DNA of 64,000 bases from an uncultured SAR86 cluster bacterium (GTDB lineage: Bacteria > Pseudomonadota > Gammaproteobacteria > Magnimaribacterales > D2472): positions 23,652 through 87,651 of the forward strand of contig CABWZP010000002.1 in NCBI GenBank assembly GCA_902509965.1, read 5' to 3'. Below the pieces are notes generated by a model, which was given only the letters and a program-made list of their open reading frames with translations, was not told the DNA's origin and made no database searches. Shown here in pieces: positions 1-9,545 of the stretch. Position numbers and translations under genes: made by a program. The first letter of the stretch is position 1; the number at the start of each line of letters is the position of its first letter.

Positions 1-427
1 AATTAAAGAAAAGTACTATCTTAATGATATGCAAAATTGGGCAAGTTGCAGAGAAATTGATATAAATTGGCCTAGCATTTTTCCCATTAATTCTGTGAAA
101 GCGATGCGTGGTTGCCTTTATGCAGAATTAAATAACAATTTACATGAATATGCGCTAAGTATTTTTAAAGCATACTGGACAGATGATCAAGATATAAGCT
201 CTGATAAGATTTTAGAAGATATATGCCTTAAAAATGGAATTGATTCAAAGAAGTTTTTTGAATTTATTGATATGCCATCTACAAAACAAAAACTTATAGA
301 TAATTCTAAAGATTTAATTGAAAAGGGTGGTTTTGGATCACCAACTTTTTTCTATAAAGATAAAATGTTTTTTGGTAATGATAGGCTAGATTTACTATCC
401 AGCCTATTACAAAAAGAATTAATTTAG
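1..427 (+). CDS. DsbA-fold 2-hydroxychromene-2-carboxylate isomerase / GST-kappa-like protein, 5' end outside window
   Basis: Frame is open from base 2 with no stop before the tracked ATG at 29, so the gene probably starts upstream of the window. The C-terminal 'GGFGSPTFFYKDKMFFGNDRLDLL' resembles the conserved tail of HCCA-isomerase/DsbA-like proteins. Confidence 0.6.
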   Translation, partial: IKEKYYLNDMQNWASCREIDINWPSIFPINSVKAMRGCLYAELNNNLHEYALSIFKAYWTDDQDISSDKILEDICLKNGIDSKKFFEFIDMPSTKQKLIDNSKDLIEKGGFGSPTFFYKDKMFFGNDRLDLLSSLLQKELI

Positions 428-1512
428 AATCCTTGAACCTTTGCAGCCTCTTTCCTTACTAATTCTGGTGAGCCGAGCAATTGTCGATTCATACCAATTC
501 TTTTAAACCAATAATGCAGTCCAAGAAGGTCTGTGAATCCCATTCCGCCATGAACCTCAGTCGATTTTTTTGCTACCATTTTGCTTACCTCAGATACATG
601 AGATTTTGATTGACAGGCCATCAATCTAGCTTCTTCTGGAACATTATCAAAACAATGGGATGCATGCCAAACAATTGCATAGCAAGGCTCTAACTCCGCT
701 GCCATTTCAGCACACATATGTTTTACAGCCTGGAAAGAGCCAATTACTCTACCAAATTGCTTTCTTTCTTTTGCATATTCAACTGCTCTGTCAATCATAA
801 CTTGAGAGGCTCCAATGCTATCTGCAGCCAACATAATCCTTCCAGCATCAATAGTTTTAGTAATAGCTTCTGCGCTTTGAGAAGAGTGTTCTAGAACATC
901 AATATCTGCATTATTAAGTACAATCTCAAAATAATCTCTAGTCTTATCAACAGAAGTTAATTTAACTACTTCAACTTCATTATCTTCAGCACAAACAATA
1001 CCCATAGTTCCATTTTTATTAGCTAAAATAAAATGAGATGCGCGATCTCCATCAATAACAAATAAAGCTCTTCCGCTTGCTTTGTTGTTATCAATTTCTA
1101 TACCTGCATCATCTCGAGCACCTATATATTCTGTTAAGCCCACACCAAAATTTATTTCATTTGATGCAATCTTACTTAGATAATTATCTTTTTGAGAGTT
1201 ATTCCCTCCATGCATAATTGCAAGAGGAGCCATTACATAAGATCCAATAAAAGGAATAGGTGCAACGCCTGATCCAAGACCCTCAGACACAGCTGCAGCA
1301 AAAAGTAAGTCTAATTCTAAACCTCCATATTCTTCAGGAATCAATAAAGCATTTAGACCTAGATTAATAAGACCTTGATGGATTTCTTTTTGAAGATCTT
1401 CGCCTTCACCACCTGTAATCTTTCTTATTACATCCAATGAGGATTGATCTTCAAGAAATTTTTTTACATTATCTTGAAAAAATACTTGTTCTTCAGATAG
1501 TCCAAAATACAT
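424..1512 (-). CDS. acyl-CoA dehydrogenase family protein, small and apparently non-catalytic partner of a tandem pair
   Basis: Tracked ORF 424-1599 trimmed to the ATG at 1512 (MYFGLSEEQVFF...), 1 nt after the stop of the upstream ACAD. The ACAD-like C-terminal half is present ('FGRVIGSFQAVKH', 'VHGGMGFT'), but the family signature is degenerate and both usual catalytic-Glu positions read Gly. Confidence 0.8.
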   Translation of the reverse strand: MYFGLSEEQVFFQDNVKKFLEDQSSLDVIRKITGGEGEDLQKEIHQGLINLGLNALLIPEEYGGLELDLLFAAAVSEGLGSGVAPIPFIGSYVMAPLAIMHGGNNSQKDNYLSKIASNEINFGVGLTEYIGARDDAGIEIDNNKASGRALFVIDGDRASHFILANKNGTMGIVCAEDNEVEVVKLTSVDKTRDYFEIVLNNADIDVLEHSSQSAEAITKTIDAGRIMLAADSIGASQVMIDRAVEYAKERKQFGRVIGSFQAVKHMCAEMAAELEPCYAIVWHASHCFDNVPEEARLMACQSKSHVSEVSKMVAKKSTEVHGGMGFTDLLGLHYWFKRIGMNRQLLGSPELVRKEAAKVQGF

Positions 1513-1513
1513 C

Positions 1514-2737
1514 TTAAACTCCTTGAACTTTTGGTTCTCTTGGGAGGCCCAAGCCTCTTTCAGAAATAATATTTTTTTGAATTTGGCTAGTCCCGCCACC
1601 TATTATTAAACCTAGAAAATACATATAAGTGAACTGCCAAGATCCGCCGTCTCTTAAGTGAGGACTATCTTCATATAAAGTTCCTAATTCACCCATAATA
1701 TCTATACCCAAGCCTTCAAGTTCGTGCCTTAACTCAGTCCCAATTAATTTTTGAATCATTTTGCCAACTTTTACATCCTGACCAGGATTTAATTTAGCAG
1801 ATAATACCCTTAAAGCATGAGATTGAAATGCCATGACTTTACCCTGCACCTGGAGCAACCTATCTCTGTAGATAGGGTTTTCGATTAAAGTTTCACCATT
1901 TATTGTTTCTTTTTTCATTCTGTCGATTAGCATATTTAATCTATTCATAGTTGCATTAGGGTTAGCCAGAGATCCTCTTTCATGGCCTAAAGTTGCATTT
2001 GCAACAGCCCAACCTTCACCTCTATTTCCTACTATATTATCTGCAGGAATAGTAACATCAGTAAAAAACACTTCATTAAAGCCTGCTTTAAGCGTCATAT
2101 CTACTAAGGGTCTTATTTCCAAACCAGGTGTATCCATTGGAACTAATAAATAACTAATTCCTGCATGTTTTGAAGCTTCTGGCTCTGTTCTTACAAGGCA
2201 AAACATCATTTGGGAATATTGAGCTGTACTGGTCCAAATCTTTTGCCCGTTAATAACCCATTGATCATCTATTAACTCACCTTTGGTTTGTAGGCTTGCC
2301 AAGTCACTACCAGCATTAGGTTCTGAATAGCCTTGGCACCAAATCATTTCTCCATAAAGCGTCGGCTTTATATATTTATTTTTTTGCTCTTCTGTTCCAA
2401 GTTCTAGCAATGTTGGCACAAGCATATCAATCCCTTGGCCACCCATTGGTCCTGGAATTCCTGCATTTGAAAATTCTGTAGCCGCAATCCTGCTCTTTAT
2501 TACATCTGACTCCCCACCAAATCCGCCATATTCTTTTGGAATTGATCGTGCAAAATAACCATTTTCAATTAGAGTCTTTTGCCAATCTGATCTAGACATT
2601 GAAGGACCACCAGATTTGTTGTTTGAAGTCAGAGGAGCTTTAGCTGTATCACTAAATTGAATACCTTTATATTTATCACAGAACGCTTGAACTTCTTTTT
2701 TATAGTCCTCGTATTGTGGTCCGTATTCTAAATCCAT
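1514..2737 (-). CDS. acyl-CoA dehydrogenase, large subunit of tandem pair
   Basis: 407 aa. ACAD signature 'CQGYSEPNAGSDLASL'. Glu in 'TLGHERGS' (IVD/LCAD-type position). C-terminal 'IGGGTSQIQKNIISE'. Confidence 0.9.
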   Translation of the reverse strand: MDLEYGPQYEDYKKEVQAFCDKYKGIQFSDTAKAPLTSNNKSGGPSMSRSDWQKTLIENGYFARSIPKEYGGFGGESDVIKSRIAATEFSNAGIPGPMGGQGIDMLVPTLLELGTEEQKNKYIKPTLYGEMIWCQGYSEPNAGSDLASLQTKGELIDDQWVINGQKIWTSTAQYSQMMFCLVRTEPEASKHAGISYLLVPMDTPGLEIRPLVDMTLKAGFNEVFFTDVTIPADNIVGNRGEGWAVANATLGHERGSLANPNATMNRLNMLIDRMKKETINGETLIENPIYRDRLLQVQGKVMAFQSHALRVLSAKLNPGQDVKVGKMIQKLIGTELRHELEGLGIDIMGELGTLYEDSPHLRDGGSWQFTYMYFLGLIIGGGTSQIQKNIISERGLGLPREPKVQGV

Positions 2738-2740
2738 AAT

Positions 2741-3544
2741 TTACTCCTTATTTACTTTATCCCAATCAGGCTCTCTTTTTTCTAAGAATGCGGAAATACC
2801 TTCTTTAGCATCCTCACCTTCAAAGCATTTAGAAATTTGTTCCTGAAGATAAGGAAGAGCTGAATCAAAACTCATAGCATCTTGTTTTTCAAAAGCTTCT
2901 AAACCAAACTGCATAGTACCAGGAGCTAAACTTGCCAGCTCAGTTGCAAGATTGTCGACTTTGTTATCTAAATCTTGGCTATTAACAGATTCATTAATTA
3001 GACCCCATTGCTCTGCTTTATCTGCGTCTATGGGCTGCCCCCTCATTATAAAATCTAGACCCGCTCTTTTAGGCATAACTCTAAATAAACCTGCCATGAC
3101 CATAAAAGGCCATAACCCGCGCTTAATCTCTGGAGCAGAAAATTTTGCTTCTTTGATAGCTATTGCATGAGTAGAATTAGTAACCATTAAAAGTGCACCA
3201 GCAAGAACTGAACCTTGGATTTTGCAAATGACAGGTTTGTAAAGATGCCTTAAAGCTAAACTTATATCATTAGCATCCTCTAACACAGGAACATTTGATT
3301 CTGATTTTTCTCTTCTTAAATCAGCCCCTGCACAAAAAATATCTCCCTCAGCAGCAATTACAACAACTCTTACATCTCTTTCTTGTTTTGCATAAGCTAG
3401 TGCATAATTTATTTCATTCATCATGACATTGTTTAATGCATTCTTTTTTTCGGGACGATTCAGAGTAAGAGTCAGTATGTTATTAGAAACATCTACTTTT
3501 GTAGCTTGAAAGATCAATCCTTCTAATGATAATTTATTTGGCAT
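2741..3544 (-). CDS. enoyl-CoA hydratase/isomerase (crotonase family; AtuE/LiuC-like)
   Basis: 267 aa. 'VVVIAAEGDIFCAGADLR' oxyanion-hole motif. Abuts the AtuA-like gene. Confidence 0.85.
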   Translation of the reverse strand: MPNKLSLEGLIFQATKVDVSNNILTLTLNRPEKKNALNNVMMNEINYALAYAKQERDVRVVVIAAEGDIFCAGADLRREKSESNVPVLEDANDISLALRHLYKPVICKIQGSVLAGALLMVTNSTHAIAIKEAKFSAPEIKRGLWPFMVMAGLFRVMPKRAGLDFIMRGQPIDADKAEQWGLINESVNSQDLDNKVDNLATELASLAPGTMQFGLEAFEKQDAMSFDSALPYLQEQISKCFEGEDAKEGISAFLEKREPDWDKVNKE

Positions 3545-5317
3545 TTAAGACTCCTTAAGAAGTGAACAGGGTATATCTACTATTTTAGCTCTCAAGTATT
3601 CACCTAATGATTTTGCTTGTCCATCTTTCCTGTTATTAGATGAAACACCATCCTCTAATATCCCATGAATATAAAAGTTTAAAGATTTAATGTTCGAAAG
3701 ATCATATCTATCAATTTCATATTCATGAAGATCAGGCATTAACTCTTTAAGCTTTTCAACTGTTAAAAAATTAAATAAGAAAGAATAGGCTACATCAGTT
3801 TTTGCCCAAACTCCTAAGTTAGCACAACCACCTTTATCACCTGACCTTGCGCCATATAAAGTTCCAAGAGGACTCTTTTGAGTTTCACCTTTAGGTGCTG
3901 GAGCAATTTCAACTAGATTTTTCTGATAAAAATTATCTTTAAAACCCATTTGGCTTGTTGGAATAATTTCAGTTGTTTCCCCATCTAGGTGCACATATTC
4001 TTTTATATATTTACTATCCACCAGAGCGGGCCAATAGACAATAACTGGTCCAGGTTTTTTCCCACCACCGCCAGAAAAGAAACCTGGATAATTAGCTAAA
4101 GATAGCTCAATTATTTTTGCACTAAATAATCTTCCAACCAGATCAGGATTCATAGATTTAACTACTATTGATAATGTTGCCATTGCCTCTTCATTAGAAT
4201 TTGGATTTTCTTTATCAGTTCTATGTAGATTTATTGAAACATCGTCAAATTGCTCTTTTCCGCCTACTGAATTAAATAAAGCATTAGTAAATGCCTCAGC
4301 CTTTTCTTCAATATCTAAACCTGTTAGGACAAGATCCATTCCATTTCTGTAACCACCTGCAAGATTAATACATGCTTTGTGGGTTGGAGGAGGACTACTG
4401 CCTCTGCAACCTGAGACAAAGACTCTATCATCACTTTCTTGCTCAATACTAAGAGTATCAAAGTGCCCAATAACATCAGGATTTAGATAAGCTGGAGAAC
4501 TAATTTCATAAAGAAGTTGCGCGGTAACTGTTCCGATTGAGACTAATCCACCAGTCCCAGGATGTTTGGTAATAGTAAAACTACCATCCTCTTCAATTTC
4601 AGCAATGGGATAACCAACATTATCAAAACTTGGCACCTCTTTAAAAAAAGAATAATTTCCTCCAGTAGCCTGACAGCCACATTCTATAATGTGACCAGCA
4701 GCAAGAGCACCCGCAAGAGCATCGTAATCTGTTCTTTTCCATCCGAACTTCCATGCAGCAGGACCAATAACAACAGCTGCATCTGTAACTCTTGGACATA
4801 CAACAATATCAGCACCTTTATCTAGAGCTTCTTTAATCCCCCAAGCTCCCAAATATGCGTTTGCAGTAAGGGTCTGACATCCAGAGTCAACAAGGGGTAT
4901 ATTTTTATCCATATTATTAAACAACTCACCCTCGTTATTTAATTCTGAAATTCTAGGCATAAGATCATCACCATCGATATATGCAACTTTAAGATTTATC
5001 GATAATTCCTTTAATATTTTTTCTATCTCCATAGCCATAGATGAGGGATTTAATCCTCCAGCATTAGTAACAATTTTTATGTTTTTCTCTTTACAAGATT
5101 GAGCAACGTCTTTTACTTGTTTTAAAAAAGTGCCAACATAACCCTTATCCTCTCCTCTTTGCATTTTTTGATTAAAAAGAATGGTCATAGTTAATTCAGC
5201 AAGATAGTCTCCTGTGAGCACGTCTATAGGCCCCCCATCAACCATGTCCTTAGCTGCAGATAGTTTATCGCCATAATATCCACTGCAATTGGCTATTTTT
5301 ATTACATCCTTACTCAT
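3545..5317 (-). CDS. acyclic terpene utilisation AtuA-like protein (DUF1446)
   Basis: Tracked ORF trimmed to the ATG at 5317 (MSKDVIKIANCSGYYGD...), preceded by GGAG and 1 nt after the TetR stop. The N-terminal 'CSGYYGDKLSAAKDMVDGGPIDVLTGDYLAELTM' is typical of DUF1446/AtuA. About 590 aa, like Pseudomonas AtuA. Confidence 0.75.
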   Translation of the reverse strand: MSKDVIKIANCSGYYGDKLSAAKDMVDGGPIDVLTGDYLAELTMTILFNQKMQRGEDKGYVGTFLKQVKDVAQSCKEKNIKIVTNAGGLNPSSMAMEIEKILKELSINLKVAYIDGDDLMPRISELNNEGELFNNMDKNIPLVDSGCQTLTANAYLGAWGIKEALDKGADIVVCPRVTDAAVVIGPAAWKFGWKRTDYDALAGALAAGHIIECGCQATGGNYSFFKEVPSFDNVGYPIAEIEEDGSFTITKHPGTGGLVSIGTVTAQLLYEISSPAYLNPDVIGHFDTLSIEQESDDRVFVSGCRGSSPPPTHKACINLAGGYRNGMDLVLTGLDIEEKAEAFTNALFNSVGGKEQFDDVSINLHRTDKENPNSNEEAMATLSIVVKSMNPDLVGRLFSAKIIELSLANYPGFFSGGGGKKPGPVIVYWPALVDSKYIKEYVHLDGETTEIIPTSQMGFKDNFYQKNLVEIAPAPKGETQKSPLGTLYGARSGDKGGCANLGVWAKTDVAYSFLFNFLTVEKLKELMPDLHEYEIDRYDLSNIKSLNFYIHGILEDGVSSNNRKDGQAKSLGEYLRAKIVDIPCSLLKES

Positions 5318-5318
5318 C

Positions 5319-5930
5319 TCATTTCTCCAACCTAATACCATTTAAAATTATTTCAGTAATAGAATTTGCTGATTTTTCAGGAGAATCTGATAGTTTCTCG
5401 ACATTAACATCTTTTGCGAAGTCTCTCCCTATGCCTCCTAAAAGCAATGCAAATGCCTGGGTATCAATTGTTTTAATCTCATTTTGAGCTATGGCATCAT
5501 CTAATAACTCTTTAGTATAAGAAGTAATGTAATCTTCATGATAGTCAATCATTTCTTTTGATTGAATATTGTTACCTAAATTTTGAAGATAGACTTTAAA
5601 TCTTGGGCCTACTGCTTGATTAGCATGCTGTAAATATTTCTTTAATTTCTCCAGGGGAGAATCGATTTCAGCAATTATATCTAGAGCCTCTTTACCTAAC
5701 TTCATTAAAATTCTATTAACTGTCATTCGTATTAAGTGATCTTTACTTGGAGCAATTTCATAGAGTGTCCTTAAAGATACTTTTAGCTTTGCTGCCAATT
5801 CAGACATAGTTAAATCAGGAATACCTTTTTCTAGCATTAACTCTAATTTATCAATTACTTGTTTATGTTTATTGGTAATAGGCTTTACTGATTTTCCTGA
5901 GATTACCTTAATTTTTTCAGTTACATGCAT
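5319..5930 (-). CDS. TetR family transcriptional regulator (AtuR-like by context)
   Basis: 203 aa. N-terminal HTH 'TMSELAAKLKVSLRTLYEIAPSKDHLI'. Embedded between the carboxylase alpha subunit and the AtuA-like gene. Confidence 0.8.
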   Translation of the reverse strand: MHVTEKIKVISGKSVKPITNKHKQVIDKLELMLEKGIPDLTMSELAAKLKVSLRTLYEIAPSKDHLIRMTVNRILMKLGKEALDIIAEIDSPLEKLKKYLQHANQAVGPRFKVYLQNLGNNIQSKEMIDYHEDYITSYTKELLDDAIAQNEIKTIDTQAFALLLGGIGRDFAKDVNVEKLSDSPEKSANSITEIILNGIRLEK

Positions 5931-5932
5931 TA

Positions 5933-7861
5933 TTAATGAGAATTAAGAACCATCAATAATGCTCCATTTTCAACTTGGTCATTATCGCTTATAAAAAGCT
6001 CACTAATAACTCCATCCTCAGAAGCTTTAATGGAGTGCTCCATCTTCATTGCTTCTAAAATAACTAAAGTATCTCCAGCTTTAACTTTAGAACCTTTTTT
6101 AACTTTTAAATCAATGACAGTACCTGGCATAGGGGCTACTAGACCACCAGCTTGCACCTCCAACCCGGGAACAATAAATCTAGGAAGAATCTCAAGCAGA
6201 ACATCACCAAAAGGCATATGAACAAGCACTTGATTTTTATTAATAGTTACTTTTGAGAAATGTCTTTTACCATCGAACTCAAGATCAATTCCATTTTCGT
6301 AACATTCATAAATAAATGCTACTGATGAATTATGAATTTTAAATGATCCATCTCTTCTAGCTCTATAAGTAACATTAATTTCATCGTCTTTATATTTAAA
6401 TTTAATATTTTGTTTTGGCGTTCTTCCATTTGTCCAACCTGAAGGCAAATGACCTAAAACATCATCATGCAACCTATTTAATTCCTGAATCCATAATGCA
6501 GCTATAGCAGTTACATGATCAAGTTGCTCTTCACTGAGGATCAATACTCTAGGCGGCTTTACTCTTTCAATGAAATCAGTAGTAGTATCTCCATCTAAAA
6601 ATTCCTGTGTTTTTAAAGTTGCAACTAGAAAGTCTCTATTTGTAGTTAATCCACCAATATGAGCTGCCTCTAATGCTCTAGCTAATTTGATTGCTGCATC
6701 AGTTCTTGTTGCACCATAAGAGATAACTTTTGCTAACATTGGATCAAAAGATGTACCAACTATCGATCCAGACTCTACACCAGAATCCCATCGAGCTTCA
6801 GCTTCATAATCCTCTTCAAATGCAATTAGTGTTCCTGTTTCAGGAAGAAAGTCATTATCAGGATCTTCAGCATATAATCTAGCCTCAATAGAGTGACCAC
6901 TCCAACTAATATCATATTGTTCATAGCCCAACTCTTCACCTCTTGCTATTCTTAGTTGCTCATATACAAGATCCATATCTGTAACTTCTTCAGTAACAGG
7001 ATGTTCTACTTGCAGTCTAGTGTTTACTTCAAGAAACCAAAATTCACCTGTTTTATCATCGAAAAGAAACTCCACAGTTCCTGCAGATTGATATTTAATT
7101 TTTTTTGCAAGTTGAACAGCTGCTGAACCCATAGCCTCTCTTATTTCTGGAGATATTCTTGGAGATGGAGATTCCTCGATAATTTTTTGATGTCTTCTTT
7201 GAATAGAACATTCTCTTTCACCAAGATGAACTACATTTCCATGAGAATCGCCTAGAATTTGTATCTCAATATGTCGAGATTTTTCTACATATCTTTCTAT
7301 AAATACTCTTTCATCTCCAAACCCAGACTTTGCCTCTCTTTGAGCACTTACAATAGCTTCTTTAAGATCTTTTTGAGATTGAACTATCCTCATGCCTTTT
7401 CCACCACCACCAGCAGCAGCTTTAATTAGAAGAGGATACCCAATATTTTTAGCTTCATTAGGTTTTGAGGTCATTGGAAGAGTAGGGACATTAGCTTTAA
7501 CAGCCAACTCTTTTGCTTTTAATTTATCTCCCATAACTGAAATCACATGCGCAGATGGACCAACCCAAATAATTTTTTCTTTGAGAACTTTTCTAGCAAA
7601 AGATGCATTTTCTGATAAAAAACCATAACCAGGATGTATAGCCTGAGCCCCAGTTTTTTTTGCAGCATCTAGAATAAGATTTCCATCAAGATAGCCTCCA
7701 TCAGGAAGACGAAAAGCTTCATCAGCTGCTCTTACAAAAGGCGCATCTGCATCTGCATCAACATACACAGCAATACATCTAATACCCATTTCATGAGCAG
7801 TTTCTATTATTCTTACAGCTATCTCACCTCTATTAGCGATTAGTAATGAATTAAAAATCAT
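5933..7861 (-). CDS. acyl-CoA carboxylase alpha subunit (biotin carboxylase + BCCP; AtuF/LiuD-like)
   Basis: 642 aa. ATP-grasp biotin carboxylase ('LLIANRGEIAVRII', 'GGGGKGMR'). C-terminal biotinyl motif 'LEAMKMEH'. Confidence 0.93.
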   Translation of the reverse strand: MIFNSLLIANRGEIAVRIIETAHEMGIRCIAVYVDADADAPFVRAADEAFRLPDGGYLDGNLILDAAKKTGAQAIHPGYGFLSENASFARKVLKEKIIWVGPSAHVISVMGDKLKAKELAVKANVPTLPMTSKPNEAKNIGYPLLIKAAAGGGGKGMRIVQSQKDLKEAIVSAQREAKSGFGDERVFIERYVEKSRHIEIQILGDSHGNVVHLGERECSIQRRHQKIIEESPSPRISPEIREAMGSAAVQLAKKIKYQSAGTVEFLFDDKTGEFWFLEVNTRLQVEHPVTEEVTDMDLVYEQLRIARGEELGYEQYDISWSGHSIEARLYAEDPDNDFLPETGTLIAFEEDYEAEARWDSGVESGSIVGTSFDPMLAKVISYGATRTDAAIKLARALEAAHIGGLTTNRDFLVATLKTQEFLDGDTTTDFIERVKPPRVLILSEEQLDHVTAIAALWIQELNRLHDDVLGHLPSGWTNGRTPKQNIKFKYKDDEINVTYRARRDGSFKIHNSSVAFIYECYENGIDLEFDGKRHFSKVTINKNQVLVHMPFGDVLLEILPRFIVPGLEVQAGGLVAPMPGTVIDLKVKKGSKVKAGDTLVILEAMKMEHSIKASEDGVISELFISDNDQVENGALLMVLNSH

Positions 7862-9516
7862 AATCTATAAACCCCATATTCATTTGCACCTTCAATCGGA
7901 ATATTGTTAACCACTGATAAGCAAAAGCCTAATATCGTTCTAGTATCTCTTGGATCAATAATTCCATCATCAGTTACCATACTGCTAGCAACAAGGCCAT
8001 GAGACATACCTTCAGCTGCAGCTTCGACCATTTTTCGTATTTGAGCATCAGCTTTTTCATCAAATTTTTCACCAGTCCTTTTTGCTTTGGCCTTTCTTAC
8101 TATAGACATTACTCGTGCAATCTGTTCCGGACCCATTACTGCTATTTTTGCGGTCGGCCACAAGAAAGTGAAACGATTATTGTAAGCTTGCCCAGACATT
8201 GCATAAGTTCCAGCTCCATATGACGCACCAATAATAATTGTGATATGCGGGACCATTGAATTAGAAACAGAATTAATTAGTTGAGAGCCTTTTTTAATAA
8301 TTGCCTGCCTTTCAAAATCTTTACCTACTAAAAATCCAGTAACATTCTGTAAAAAAATAAGCGGTATATTCCTTTTATTACATAATTGAATGAAGGTAGC
8401 AGCCTTTTCAGCACATTCTGGATAAATGGGGCCATTATTTCCAACTATTCCAACCTGGTAACCATGAACACTTGCCCAACCGCATATCATAGTTGGTCCA
8501 TATAAGGTTTTATATTCTTCAAATTGTGAACCATCTGTAAATCGTGCTATTACCTCTCTTATATCGACTGGAGATTTAAGATCTTCGCTAATTAAACCCA
8601 ATAAGTCTTCTTGATCAAATACAGGCTCAGAAGGTATTTTCTTGGGCAGATCACCACTTTTTTTCCAATTTAGATGCGATACAACTTCTCTACATATTCT
8701 TAAAGCATCCATTTCATCCTCAGCAAGATAATCTGATAAGCCAGAAATTTCAGAGTGCATTTGAGCTCCTCCTAGAGTTTCAGCATCAGATTCTTCTCCA
8801 GTAGCCGCTTTCACTAAAGGAGGTCCCGCTAGAAAAACTTGCGACTGATCTTTGATAAAGATATTGTAATCTGACATTCCGGGCTGATAGGCTCCTCCAG
8901 CTGTTGAAGATCCAAAAACTACAGAAATAACTGGAATTTTAAGTTTAGATAATTCAGTCATTTCATAAAAAAATCTACCTGTTGCTGCAAAATGAGTATT
9001 TTGAATAGTAGGTGAAATTGGCGCTTGACCGCTTTTGCTTCCAGTTCCCATACTTAAGTCACCACCTGCAGATTCAACAAAACTTATAAAGGGAATTTTA
9101 TTTTCTCGAGAGATTTCTATAGCTCTTTTCCATTTTTCTCCCACATAAACAGTCATAGCTCCCGCTTTTACGGAGGGATCATTACCAAAGATTACACATT
9201 CGACACCAGAAACCATGGCTATGCCAGAAACACAGCCACCTCCGACTGTGTAATTAGTTCCATATGCTGCAAAAGGACTTATTTCGAGAAAAGGACTATC
9301 GTCATCAATCACGTTCATTATCCTTTCACGAATAGGCATCTTGCCTCTCTTAGCCAATCTTTCGTGATGATAGGCGCCACCACCTAATTCGGCTTGATCC
9401 AAAAGATCATCTAAAAAATTAAGCTTTTCAAGCATACTTTGTTTATTTTTTTGATATTCTTCTGATTTTGTATCTAAATTACTTCGAAGTTGCGGGGCGA
9501 TATTTTTAGAATGCAT
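7858..9516 (-). CDS. acyl-CoA carboxylase carboxyltransferase beta subunit (AtuC/LiuB-like)
   Basis: 552 aa. Carboxyl-transferase domain throughout. 4-nt overlap with the alpha subunit gene. First gene of the minus-strand operon. Confidence 0.9.
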   Translation of the reverse strand: MHSKNIAPQLRSNLDTKSEEYQKNKQSMLEKLNFLDDLLDQAELGGGAYHHERLAKRGKMPIRERIMNVIDDDSPFLEISPFAAYGTNYTVGGGCVSGIAMVSGVECVIFGNDPSVKAGAMTVYVGEKWKRAIEISRENKIPFISFVESAGGDLSMGTGSKSGQAPISPTIQNTHFAATGRFFYEMTELSKLKIPVISVVFGSSTAGGAYQPGMSDYNIFIKDQSQVFLAGPPLVKAATGEESDAETLGGAQMHSEISGLSDYLAEDEMDALRICREVVSHLNWKKSGDLPKKIPSEPVFDQEDLLGLISEDLKSPVDIREVIARFTDGSQFEEYKTLYGPTMICGWASVHGYQVGIVGNNGPIYPECAEKAATFIQLCNKRNIPLIFLQNVTGFLVGKDFERQAIIKKGSQLINSVSNSMVPHITIIIGASYGAGTYAMSGQAYNNRFTFLWPTAKIAVMGPEQIARVMSIVRKAKAKRTGEKFDEKADAQIRKMVEAAAEGMSHGLVASSMVTDDGIIDPRDTRTILGFCLSVVNNIPIEGANEYGVYRL

Positions 9517-9545
9517 ATTTTAAAATTAATAAATAATGAGGCTTA

